DNA of 64,000 nucleotides from Balanoglossus misakiensis (Eukaryota; Animalia; Hemichordata), in NCBI GenBank assembly GCA_040954595.2, contig CM082578.2:17553912-17617911 (forward strand). Direction: 5' to 3'. The notes beneath the pieces were generated by a model that saw nothing but the letters and a program-made list of their open reading frames with translations, was not told where the DNA came from and searched no databases. A program made the position numbers and the translations under genes. Shown here in pieces: positions 40,101 to 52,972 of the stretch (the first letter of the stretch is position 1; each line of letters begins with the position of its first letter).

Positions 40101-41062
40101 TCATCATTATTGCTTCGAAGGGGACCAAGGAACGCTGGGTCGAGCGGTGTGATGCCGACGTTTGCCAGAAGTCTCCCGCTGCGAGGGACAGTGACGATTT
40201 CTTGACCTCCGCTTTGAACATCGTCAGCAGCGATTTCAATCTTCGGGAGAGGTCAGACAGATTCGGCAAGTACACGTCGGTCTACTTCGACTACAGCGAC
40301 GCCAGCGACATCCCCGAACCTATCCGAATAATGGGGACCACTTTCGAACTGCTGCGATCGATTGAACAATTCTATTTTCACCTGAGGAACATCAATAGCA
40401 GGTCGTTGGCGGGACATTACAAAGTGGCAGATCTGAGAGAGAGGATTCTTGCCAGCGAAGAGGGCAAGGCTCTCGAAAAATCCATTGCTTCTATGAAGCG
40501 ATATGTTAGCGACAACCCGGACTGGCAATTGCAAGCAGACTGCCACAGCGTAGAACCGCCAGAAAGTCATGTGAATGATCTCTGGTCCCACCTGCCAGGG
40601 AATGTGGTCGGTGACGGGGACAGTACGCACGACCAAACGGAAAGAGAGAACGTGCAAATGAAAGAAACTGCACGAAAGAATTGTGTCGCCGAAAAATCGG
40701 CCGTGTCAGTCAGTTTCGACGACGGCTATCATTCAGTGCAGAGCTGCGTTTCGCAGAAATCACGGAATCTCGGCGAAAGCGAACTTGGGGACCGTAAACA
40801 ACAACAACAACAACAACAGGACGATAGTACCAGCGAACATTTGCACACGCTGTTGCCCGTGCTGCGGGAGACCGATAAACAAAGCGAGACGACCACTCAC
40901 GAGGACTGTGTTGACTACTGCAAAATAAGTTGGGACATCACCCCAGCTGGAAACACTGCACAGTTCTATTACATCGAGTCAGAAAACAACGCGAGTCAGA
41001 ACAGTCTGGCGTCGTCAGAACTCGGAACATTGGCATTCCAGCTCAACAGCACATGCGCTTGA
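33289..41062 (+). CDS. IL-17 receptor family gene A: signal peptide, IL-17R FnIII-like ectodomain, 3 EGF, TM, SEFIR; about 939 aa
   Basis: Ectodomain exons 33289-33435, 35795-35837, 36181-36336, 36477-36610, 36819-36972, 37224-37283, 37599-37783, 37998-38114, 38287-38386. EGF exons 38593-38706, 38794-38913, 39113-39241. TM 39524-39700, SEFIR 39879-41062 (sum 2820 nt). SEFIR motifs: LLLYSKDCSQHIHVVECFARFL, GCKVHLDLW, KIIIIASKG, VYFDYSDASDIP, NPDW. Confidence 0.88.
37072..37145. repeat. (CAT)n microsatellite
   Basis: Direct tandem repeat in an intron of gene A. Confidence 0.95.
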
Positions 41063-42732
41063 ACTAAACTCTTCTTCTGACAACTGATGAATACTAGTTG
41101 TCCACCCAGTTTTAGGGCATTGTTTCTTAATACATTTAACGTGATTTTATAAACATAGAAAACGGAGTATTAGCGAGCGCCATTATCTTTCTATTTTTAT
41201 TCTCTGTATACATGTAATAGTTTATTTTGAAATGACAATAAACAGCTACTTTTACTGGATAAAGTACTGAAATCTATCAGGTTTATTGTTCGATATCATT
41301 CGCTTCTATGAAAATCGTAGAAAAATATCATTGTTCATTTTGGAAAAAAATGTGGCCTCCTCCAGGAAGAACTGTTTATAGGTGCACACACTTGGTTCGG
41401 CCATCTTTCTCTGTAATTTCTGCGCTGGGCTCGCGACCCGGCCGTTGTTCGGGTTTTCATTTCTACCTTGCACGCGGTTTCGCCTGAAGGTACCTGAAGT
41501 GCCTCGCTGATGTACTATCGAAAATTCCTATTCAATAACTTTAAATTTAAATGGTTCGAGAGAAAAAAATGAAAGAAATCTTTTACTTACAGTGGAGGAT
41601 GTGCAAAATGGCGTTGCAAGCCAGGGGAAAAGGTACCGTCCACTTTCCATGACCGGTGGTTTATGTTCATTATCATAAACGAGGCTCCCAAATCCAGTCC
41701 AAATAGTCACAGTCACAATCATGACCTTCACTTTCACTTGGTTGTTGGAAATTGGTCAGAGTAAGGAATATGCGTTGTTGTCACTACTTTCAGCCATGTT
41801 GTTTGTCCGTCAAAGATTGAGTATTGAATGATGGGATTGGCACCTCACTGAACATCTGACAAACGAACTGACTGACAACTATCCAATCGAAGTGTGTCAT
41901 TCACCAGGTGCATTTTGTGAAGCTTGTGATTGGTTGATGTGATTGAAAAGTTGAATTGAGTTGATTGAGAAGATCACAGATGTTGTGATGTTACGTGTTG
42001 TAAGCTGCAAGCGTTCTGATAAAAATGAACCCTGACTCTACCCGGGATTGCGGCTCTTGTGTCGTTCAACATCTGAACGATTGCACGACACGAGTACTTT
42101 ACATAAATACTAATTTCAAGTCCGTTTACGAGTTGTCATCGTGTCGACACTACATACGCGACTGACGTGAAAGCCACAATGTAAAATGTTTGATTAATCA
42201 GTATTAATTAAATGAACACAAATTCTGAAAATATTACATTAAGAAAACACACACACAATATATATACTTTTGTTGTTGTTTTTTGACCATTTATCAACGA
42301 TTCTAGTATAAAATAATTAATATAAGCCTACACTAAAATCTATTGACAGCTCACTACGGTGCCTTGGGTTCACTATACATGTACTGTTAACTTGAATACC
42401 TTTGTAGCATATGTTTGTGTTGTACGCCCGTTGCTGTTGTTGATAACAATCTATTTTCGGTGCTGATCATTAACCTCCCGTCACGCACGTGTTCGGATTG
42501 GAGCGCCATCTCGTATGATCTGATGATGTATTGCATTTGGTACCAACACCAGCTGGTGATCGTTGAGTCATACACCTGGCGTGTGGCCACACCCTGTATC
42601 CTTGTCCCTTATCGGAGTTTGCGTAGTCTCGCCGTGTCGCGCGCGATTTCGCCCACCAATACCTAGAAAGATTAAAATAGCACAAGCGACCAATTTGGAC
42701 TGAAACTACAACAAGAGTACACACGATTCAAA

Positions 42733-45700
42733 ATGGCGTTTTACAAAAAGGGGAAATTCCACCAAATTATTGTCGTCGTGAGCGCGATTTGGAGTTGCGT
42801 CGGTGGTGACTGGAAGACGCAATGCATCCGGGACTGCACTCAGCAGGTAGGACGGACCACGGTTACTAGTAACCGTGGACGGACGATATATGTTTGAGCG
42901 CGTCACACCCAGTCGCCCTAAGCCACACCACTGTTTCCTTTTGTTTTTACTGGCACTTAGCAATGCTGCAGTCCATATCGGGCTTTTGTGACTTTGCCCC
43001 AGTTTTTTTTTATTTCATTAAACTCCAACTTTTCGTAATGTATATCTCATTGTGACTTTATCACACAATTTAACTAACTGGCAAAGGATGGCACTTTTTT
43101 GAGTTACTATTAACTCTACGTACAACATCAATATACCGAATCAGTAAACAAAGCAGCCCCGGTATGCGGAACAAGACAGATTTTTTTTTCAATCAGACAA
43201 CTTAACAATCGACACTTGTGATAACGCATGTGCGTCGAATACACTTATTCTAAATCATGTATTTTTACTTGTTAGAAGCTGTAGATCTCTATTTCATTTC
43301 ATTTCATAAACTCACTTAATTTCCCCCACACATTCTTTTGTAACACGACAGTATGATTATTGCTTCTACATGGGACGGGTATAATAGCATGCTGTGACGC
43401 TGGCCGGGGCATGACCCAAATCTGCATATGAACGCACCTTTGAGTTCCATTCACGTCACGCGGAAAGCGGAAGTCAGCAGAATTTACGACAAATTTTACA
43501 AGACAGAGGTCGACAGCAGCTGACGAGCTGAATGAAAGACCATTAGTCCCGCCACCAATAGCACTGTGTATATAGTTTTCGGACGCTCCCTCCACTAACG
43601 GGTTGAGAGACTTCTCCGGGTTAGCCGTAACCAACCAACCAACCAACCAACCAACCAACCAACCAACCAACCAAAATGATGGGAGACGTAAAACATCACA
43701 TCTTTTTGCGAAATCTCACTACACCAACGTTTCACTCTTATCAATCTTTTTTTCCAAGGTCGGGGGATCCATATGGCCATGTAATATCATCTATCATGGT
43801 AAGATTCAAGTTTCAAGCACCAGCCGCTCTTTTTTGAATCATTTTATTTGCGCTCAGCTATAAACGTTTTATGGTTTGATGTGCTTCGTTACAAAATAAT
43901 ATTTCTGTCAATTACTGTCATTACCACACTTCATCTGCTATTGTTTCAGATGAGCGGTGGTGCTCATCGGTGCCATTGTTCGAGTCGGTTGATCAGGATA
44001 AGTTGCCATCGCAACCAAATATAAGCGTCAGCGTGTATCAGGATCGGTACGATTCATATTCCGGATTTTTTCCAGCGCTGAATATCACTGTGACGGTGGA
44101 CTTGGCAACAGGTATAGAAGATTAAGAGTGTCGCCCGTTTTTCTGATTGATGCCACCCTTTAATATCCTATGGCTCTATATGTATTCTTTGTCTTCGTCT
44201 ATATCTCTCATGTCTGTCTCTCTCTATATATGGTTATCTCCAAAAAAACTTTCAAACTGAAGCCAATTTTGATTATACTTTCAGGGTCATCCAATCTGAA
44301 GGGCATGATGTTTATTCTGAGCGGAATAACTGACAACAGACAATTCAAAAATACTTTTTTTTACCAAGAAATATGTCGAACATACGACCTATCCGCAGCA
44401 GACACTCGATGGAGAGATGGGGTAAGTCTCTCACACTGAATCATTCGGAATTCGGGAAACGACATTGTGCTACATAATTAAAGCGTCGGTTTTGGAATTC
44501 GCTGTCATTTTCTCATTCTCATTGACATTGTTTGACACCACCCAGGTTCCGAGAACGGTTAATTTCTACTACGACTGCTTCAAACCATTGTCGCCGGACT
44601 CAAAGTACATAGTTGATGTAATTCTGTTACCAGTAGCAACAACCGGAGAGTTGAAGATGGACTCTGCAGAAATCAGAACTCCGTGTAAGTGCTTTTCCTA
44701 ATTTTACATGGCGCGCGATTAAAATGGCGGCCAGTAAATGCCCACGGAAAAGGAAGGGGCGAAGGAGGAAGGAGGGGAGGAATCCATGACGTAATATTTG
44801 GTGTTACAGTTGACTATTTTATGCAAGCAACACATTATCATACATATTACATGTATTTCCAAGGTATTTTAACCCCCCCCCCCCCAATATTTTTGTTTTA
44901 AGACATTTGTGCAATTAATTTTCTGCCAAACAAGTTTCATGACATTTTAATATTCTTCTCTCCAAGCCTGTGTGAAAGTTCCCGAATTTGAGGAATGTGG
45001 TGTTAACGTGGTCAGAAACGAAGACGATAACAAAGATGAAGACAACGGCTCTTGGCAACCACAAGGTTTGTCCGCGTATCCATGTCCGAGCGCACATTAT
45101 TGGTATTTCAATGTGTCAGGCCAGTGTTTACATGTGTTGCCCTAACCGCGGTTGCCAGACATCTTCGGTTTGCAAACACAGAGCATTGATTGTGTCATGT
45201 TAGGGCGTTCTCAATCAAAACTATTTAAACAAGGGATAGACAAAACTTACCGATGATCATGAACTATTAACGATTCGAAACATTGTCTCCGTTGAAAAAT
45301 AACGCATTTTTTATTTTCTATCAAAGCTTCCAGTTGGGGTCCCTCGCAGTATCGCATTCGTACTGACTATGGCACAGTTTATGTGAGTTTCGATTTGCCG
45401 CCCCCGGAACTGAAATTGAATAAACTGGACTTGATGTTGTTTAAAGGAGCCGACTACGTAACCAATCAAATCATCGATGTCGCAGCGGTAAGAATGAACG
45501 ATTGTTTTCTAAGTTTCGTAGTGGAATTCAACCTACATATACATAACATTAGTGTAAATGGATTCGCGAGACAGACAGACAGACAGATGTGTATCCGTAT
45601 GACTCTCATTGATTTGTTTTTCTTCCACAAGGATGGCAACAAACTCACCGATGTCAGGAGTAACATCACCATGGTAACGAGGGTTTTCTACAACGTGACT

Positions 45701-46831
45701 CCTGGAGAACACGTGCTTAAGGTAAGTGACGCTGATCATCGACCACCACACACATGCAAGCTCTTTTGCATGAGAGATACACAAACCATGATATTGACTT
45801 GAAATCGGAGTGAACAACAAATTTCAAACATTTCAGTTTTCTATCGACAAATTTGCTTGGAGAAGGCATGCCTATAGATAAACATAATACAATGTAATTA
45901 GCGTAATTATCTTTATGAGTTGACATGACTTTGTATGACCCATTCAACAGGTCAAAGCCATCCCGATCTCGTCGGTTGTCTGTGATGACGATAAGCCGTG
46001 CATAGTAACGAGTTTTCCTAATTTCAACGTCATAGGTAAGCAGTGCACATTGCCTGATATTTGCTCGATTTTAAGTGAGTTCCATTAGATTTACATCACC
46101 TAATATCTGCAAATTCTGTGTGACAGCCGATCCGTGTAAATCTGATCCTTGCGGTCGCCATGGAAACTGCAGTGCAGTGGAAGAGAGTTACATATGTACC
46201 TGCGATGGATTTTCTTATGAAGCTAATGGAACGTGTATACATGTAGTTACTGGTAAGTTGCCATGGTTATGCGTAATATTTGAATTTCTAACTTTTCTAA
46301 ATCATCAGTGATGACTCATATTCAGGCTACAACCATCAGCATACAAATTATAATGAAAACTGTCAGACAGTATGCCGAGAAATTAGACTATACATATTGA
46401 AGGAAAGGCGAAACCGAGAAAATTATATGGGGAAACAGACTCCAAAAAAACACTCCTATAATGTAATGTTCAACTCTCATCTCCCTATAGCTACTAGTGC
46501 AGTAGATATAAACACTGAACTGCAGGAGAAAGCGTGGCGCGTCGGTGTTTTCGTGCTCACTGGTTGTTTGACTGGCGTCATCCTGCTCTACATTATGTGG
46601 AGGTTTCGGAAAATCATTCGTGACGACACAGAAAGTGCTTCAGAAGAAGAAGATGGTAGCAGCAACTTGGAAGGAGCCCTTGGTAAGTGCAAATATTGGA
46701 AGAATGAAATGTAGCATGGCTCCTACCCATTAATAGACAAATTGGAAGGCCAGACATATCGAGACAAACAGATAGATGGATGGGTGGATGGATGGATGGA
46801 TGGATAGATGGATGGATTGATGGATGGATGG

Positions 46832-46863
<32 letters not shown>

Positions 46864-47755
46864 GTGGATGGACGGACGGACAAACAAACAGACAGATGGA
46901 TAGTTGTTATTTCAGATAGCTATTTACAAATTCGTTACAAACCTCCTGCACTTTTTCCTTTTCTTTTGCTTTACAGGTTCATCTCCCGAAGTAGTTGCCC
47001 TGATTGCAAAATCACCACGTATACTTGTAATTTATTCTAAAGATTGCAAACTTCATATCCGCGTTGTTGAAGCCATGTGTAACTTCCTGCGTCGCACACT
47101 CGGTTGTGACGTAATATCGGACTTTTGGGAACATAGCATGATTGCAAGGAAAGGCCTCGCGCCCTGGTTGGCCGACCAATTCAGAAAGTCCGAAAGAATT
47201 CTTTTCGTCGCATCCGAAGGAACCAGGCGGGAATGGGACGCGATGTGCAGTGGAGCCGCTGGCGATGCCTCGTCGGACGACGCCATGTTTAGGGTCGCCA
47301 TGGACACCATCAGCGGAGATGCCAATCTCGGGGTACGTTGTGAACGCCGAGGGAACTATGTGTGCGCGTACTTCCCCTTTGCCAGCCCGGGTGACGTGCC
47401 GGACGTACTGAGAAATTTCGGCCACCCAAGCATCTACGAAATACCGCGACAATTAAAGTCCATGTATATGGAACTACTCGGTTTGCAAGAAAATTCTGCT
47501 CTCAGGGAGAGATTTGTCTGTGAAGAGCAGATACAGCGCAGCCTGAAGGAGACAATGGAAGGAACCGCTTTGCGGGAATTGATCAAGGAAATGACGAACT
47601 ACGTGACTGAGAATCCAACATGGTACGACGATATACACATGCCAGAAATGTCCTCCACTTGTCAGGAGATGGATTGTTTTCCCGGAGAAATGCCAGTCTT
47701 CGATTCTCAATATCGAGAAATTTTGAATCCCATAGACCAGGAATTTGATGTATGA
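42733..47755 (+). CDS. IL-17 receptor family gene B: signal peptide, ectodomain, 1 EGF, TM, SEFIR; about 707 aa
   Basis: Ectodomain exons 42733-42846, 43759-43798, 43950-44111, 44285-44421, 44546-44684, 44967-45065, 45327-45487, 45632-45721, 45951-46035. EGF 46127-46252, TM 46491-46682, SEFIR 46977-47755 (sum 2124 nt). SEFIR motifs: [37 protein letters not shown]. Confidence 0.88.
43629..43674. repeat. (AACC)n microsatellite
   Basis: Direct tandem repeat in intron 1 of gene B. Confidence 0.95.
46774..46876. repeat. (GGAT)n imperfect microsatellite
   Basis: Direct tandem repeat in the intron before the SEFIR exon of gene B. Confidence 0.9.
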
Positions 47756-49462
47756 TCATAAGTCTACAGTGACGTCGATTCTTAGGTTCTCCTCTCACGA
47801 CCTTCTATCTGTCAGTGATGCAAATAATATGCAGATATTGAAATAGTCGTTTGGTGAACCACAGACAAAGTACATGGGGCGGATATTGATTTGTGACAAA
47901 CAAAAAGTTGGCCAGGTGTCGATGGCCATGTAAAGAATCATCAGAGACGCACCCACAAAAATCCTTCCAGAAGCATACGCTTCTGATTTTAATGTTGCCA
48001 GTTCTTTGCCTTTCGCTCTCAGCTGTCTTGTCAGTGGGTTTTTCTTATTTCCCTCATTTTATACCAAATTTTGTAAAGATTTTGACAGTAAGAATGACAT
48101 CAGATTTTTCACATAAGACCCCGGCTGGTAGAGTTCATTTTTTGTACAGAAAGTATTATTTACGAATTTCGACTATGCTCTGGCCGCTCTCCTCGAGAGT
48201 GTAAGCACATATCCCACATTCACGTGTCATTAATGTGATAACCTTTACATTTTGTATATTCAAGAGTAGACAAGTTTCTCTGTCGAGTCCTACCTACAAG
48301 ATTTTCGCGATAGGCGCTTTTTTCAGAATAAGATACCGTGATAAAACATGATCATACGACTTATTTTTCTGAAGTTGTTTAAACAATCATAGCCGGCTAT
48401 GATATGTTGAATGGAGATAAATATATACTCTTGGAGTTTATGATAAAATAAATAAAATACCAAAGAACCTTACTTGTGTGAACATGGATATGCGTTCATT
48501 GTCTATGTGTGCGAGAAGCCAGTCATACCTTGCTCACATGTTGACAGCCCGGGTACAGTCGTTTGACCCAAAGGTATGTGCGAGGTCTATTTGATATTCA
48601 GCTCCTTTCTTTCACACATGCCATTGAGTCGACAATATAATGACGTCATCGCCGTCGCTCCATTCAATCACAGGTGCACTATATTGGGGTCGTTTCCTGT
48701 AGACACAGACTGTGCTGTGCTGTAGATGATCTATGAATGGAGAAACGATGGACTTTTGTAGACAGTATTGGTGAAAAGAATTACGAATAAAAGCCCATAC
48801 AAACGATCTCCGAACTTAGAATTGCTTTGACGGGAAGACTTCTAGGTAAACTCTTCGGAAAGTCCTTCGTCATTACATACACGTGTTCTTCCACTAAAAG
48901 AGGAATTTCACAGTACTATCTGTTACTATCATGTGCTTCTTAATCCCATGACCGAAACCCAATACAGGCCAATACCTGCCAGTATCCTTTTTACACCTGT
49001 TATCATATTTTATCTATTATTAATACAAGGTGTATCGTCCACGATATGTCAGGGTGCGTCCCCTAATCGTTTGCAGGTGACGTGTCTGTTCTAAAAATAG
49101 CCAACGCTGCACCAGAATGTCGTACGCGACTTTGTGAGATTTGCATATCGGGGAAAACCCACTCACCTGAGCCAAAGTGAACGGCTTGATCGTCCAACGT
49201 ACGGTCATGTGGGGTGTGTTCTTGCGTTCGGGTTGGATAATCAGCGATGAGCTTCGAGACCGATATGTTTGTAAATAACGACGTCATCGGTTCCGCTTCG
49301 ATGTCTCCGTATAAAGGCACGGAGTCCAGCGAGTCGTTTGTCACTCTGAAACGAAATCGTGACATCGGTAACATCGAGAGAAACTCCCTTATAAACCAAG
49401 CGTCGAATCGCGTAGTATAGTGGGAAGCACTGAGGACTGGACCGTACAACCATTGGATCGGG

Positions 49463-52400
49463 ATGGCGACGAGACATGTAACTGCACTTCTGTGTTTATT
49501 GGCATCTCTTCTGCACAACAGTCAGGCAGAATGGCACACGTCGTGCAAGAATCTGGACTGTAGGCAAACAGTAAGTATTATTCTCGCTAGCGTAACGTAC
49601 TTTTCTCTCTCGACATGTAAGCGAAAAATATCTGTGTAAAAGTCGTCAGCAGCCAATTTACCGCTAGAAAGACACCAGCAAACCTATGGTCCCCACAACT
49701 ACGTCTTTCTGGATGATGAAAAAAATCAACGACACATCAGTTGTCTTATGACAAGTTTTGTTTACATCATAGACGGTGGAAAGAGACCTGGGCATAATTT
49801 TGTGCACGGGCAAGCTTCAAGTATAGCCCAAACTACTATTTCATGAGAGGAAAGCATGAATTTATAAAAGAAACGCTGTCGTGGAGTAGCGTTAAATCTT
49901 CATGTAAGCACTATGAACAACTTGGCGACGTGATTACGACCCAGAGACTGGGTAATTGATTGGTTGTACCGGGTAATTAAATTAAAGAGGAAACGAAAAT
50001 TTTCCACTGTGAACTTTGACTTAGTAGTTCTCTCGACTCGGAGCATTGAAGTAAATGAACCCGGAAAATGCTAGATAAAAAAAACATACCGTTTGTGGTT
50101 ACAAATAGGCGTATTCCCTGGAGGAACAGTGTGTACTGGCGCCGGGTTATCAATGGATAAGCCCTGCAGATGAAAACTAAGCACGTAGCTACATCAGGCG
50201 ACCTGTCGTTTTCCAGTTTTTTTTTACTGTTATATATAAGGACAGACATTCAGATATATGGCTCAAGATGGTCATGAATATTAAAAGCTTCGATTATTCC
50301 ATTTTTTTCAGGTAGGTTCCAGGTCACTTCCTTGTACCGTGATAAAGCAGAGAACAATAGGTAAGCATGTAGTAGTGCCTTTCTCTTTGTCTGTGCTTAG
50401 ACCGAATATCCGGTACAGTATCTCGAAACATTCCCCGATAAAGCAATGTATGTCATGCCGGACAAATAGACAGTTTATACCCCACGGCCATTCCACGCCA
50501 AAATTGTCTCTACAACTCGGAGTGGTTAAACTACGCAGTCTTTGCACCACATTTCGGCAGCTGTGACATCGATGATACACATGGCGATGTAAATATGTAA
50601 TAAATATTTCTCTTTACAGATGGCAAATGTTCGGGCACTATCCCAAGTAAATATCGTGGCGGTAACCATATTCTGCCACCGCTATCCCTAGACGATATAG
50701 AGATCAACAACACCAGTGATCACTTCAGGAATTATGGAGAGTTCCCTGGCATGAACGTTTCAATCGCTGTTCCCTTGACGACAGGTACTTCAGAATACTA
50801 AAACTACTACAGAATAAAAATTAACCCGAGGGACAGCCGTTTTTCCCCCACAAAAAAACTTGGCAAATTTTTAAAGCGCATTCGATGATGAATGAATGAC
50901 TTCAAGGTTTTTTCTCCTCTGTCTCAATCTTTCAGGCTCACAGAAAGTAACCGGTATTCAAATTATACTCCGCGGCAAGAATAACAATCACGATTATCAG
51001 TACACATATTATGACCAGGAAATCTGCCGCATTCTGGATCTGAATGACGCGGACATGACACATAGGACAGGAGTAAGTCTTTCATAATTGATGACCGAGT
51101 CGACCAACGGTGCCCGTTGTCATATTCTCGAGTTGGAATTGATTTTTTGAGGACAATTTATGATTATTTACTGGTTCTCACCTAACCATTTGTTTTTTTA
51201 ATGATTTCAGGATCCCGAAAAAGTGACCTTTTCCTATGACTGTTTGAGACCCCTATCCCCAGAGAGTATCTACGAGGTTGAAGTCAACTTGCTACCGTTT
51301 CCCCACTCTGGACAGAAACGCAGCGTCATCATCAGTGACGTCAGAACGCATTGTAAGTTTGTCACATCTTCACTACAGTGGTACCACGGTACAGTGGTAT
51401 AATATAGTTGGCACACCAAAAGTCCAAAATCTTCGGATAAACTACTGCTGTTCTATAATCAAGCGATCAACTATCATGCTTTTCAGCGTCTATTATCGAT
51501 GTTACCGCTCCAGTAGTTCCATTGCGATAACATGATTTTTTATCCATTTTCCCCCTATAGCTTGTAATTCCAAAAAGGCATCCGACCTACACGAATGCTT
51601 CATACAAATGGATAAATGTAAGTTTGCAAAAATCGCACGTCTGATACACATCAGCGTGAGAACTGATAACTTTACACTAAACAGAACATTTTTATGGACG
51701 TTTGATTTTGGCATGCTCTGGCGGGAATCCATACTGTTTGTTTTCTGTACGCCCATTCACCATTGTTGACAATTTGTCATGGCAACCCTTTTCCATCTTA
51801 AACAGATAAAGCTGTTCACTGGGGCCCGACCATTTTCGATGTCAACTTCACCCACGACAGAAACGTGTCCGTTGACTTCAACCTTCCCAACGACAACTAT
51901 GAACTGGACCAATTTCGCCTTTTTCTCTACAAAGAAAATGGAGACCTCGTCAGACATAAGGATATCATACCGGTAAATATTTAGTGATAATTGGGAAATT
52001 ATCAAACGATTTGTTATTCCGTTTACCAAGAACTTCGTCACTATATATTAAAAATTAGTTTCAGTTTGATTTTTTTGGCATTTCTGAGATAAAATTTTGG
52101 ATATTAGGTTAATTTCATTGTTTTTCATTCCCAGGGACAAGATGATATCTATGTTGTTGCGGCTTCCGATGGGAAAATGTACAGTGCAATTCATTTTACG
52201 CCTTTCACGAACGTAGACGATGGGAAATATTTCATCAAGGTTAGTCTATGACGTCACTTTTGAGTAGCAAAGTAACCCTTCTTTGCCTAAAGGATTGAGT
52301 GAGCCTGTTCTCATCAGTGAAATTGATCACAAGTTGACACAGGAAAAGTCAAAACGGAAATAAAATTTAGCCAATATAAAAGCGCAGAAGAGACAAACAA

Positions 52401-52972
52401 ATACAGTTTTGATGAACGTTTTCTCGTCTTTGATTCCAGTTGCGCCCAATCCCAACAAAAGAGGGCGTTTGCAAGTCGGTCTACGATGGCACCGAAGACT
52501 GTAAAGTGACTGTATCAGAAACATTTACCGTTAGAGGTACGTATCGCACATAGCGTGGTAACCTGACAGCAACCACTGTATGAATGTAGAACCTCCCTTC
52601 CCATTCTCCACACAGAGACCAGTATGGATACTTTTAACCTAGCTAAAGGGTCTGACCGATACTAAGACCATGCACAGAACTTGCGAATTGAACTTGAAAC
52701 GGGGGGGGGGGGGGGCTTGGGTTGGTGGCGTGAAACCATTTGGAAGTGCCCTACATATATATTACTGTTTTCTGTATGTACCATCTCTTGAAACTTTTTA
52801 TTTGACTCTTCTCACAGGAACAACAAATAGTGATGATAAGAAGAATAAGAAGAAGAAGGACAAGACTAAGAAGGACCGCAGAAGAAACCGTCCAGAGGGT
52901 GGCGAAAGAAAGGGACGCCGCAAAGACCGCCAAAAGGGGAAAAATAAGAAAAATAGACGAAGGGAACAATAA
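49463..52972 (+). CDS. IL-17 receptor family gene C: secreted ectodomain-only protein with polybasic C-terminal tail; about 393 aa
   Basis: Exons 49463-49570 (MATRHVTALLCLLASLLHNSQA signal peptide), 50312-50360, 50620-50784, 50936-51072, 51211-51352, 51561-51617, 51806-51972, 52135-52239, 52440-52536, 52818-52972 (sum 1182 nt). Same phases and motifs as A, B and D (GIQI, DCxxxLSPES, WGP, FNLP). No EGF, TM or SEFIR exon seen before the convergent gene. Confidence 0.82.

Noticed and set aside
49463-52972. Gene C as a pseudogene
   Set aside because: All ten exons are open, in phase and have canonical splice sites despite deep divergence from the paralogs.
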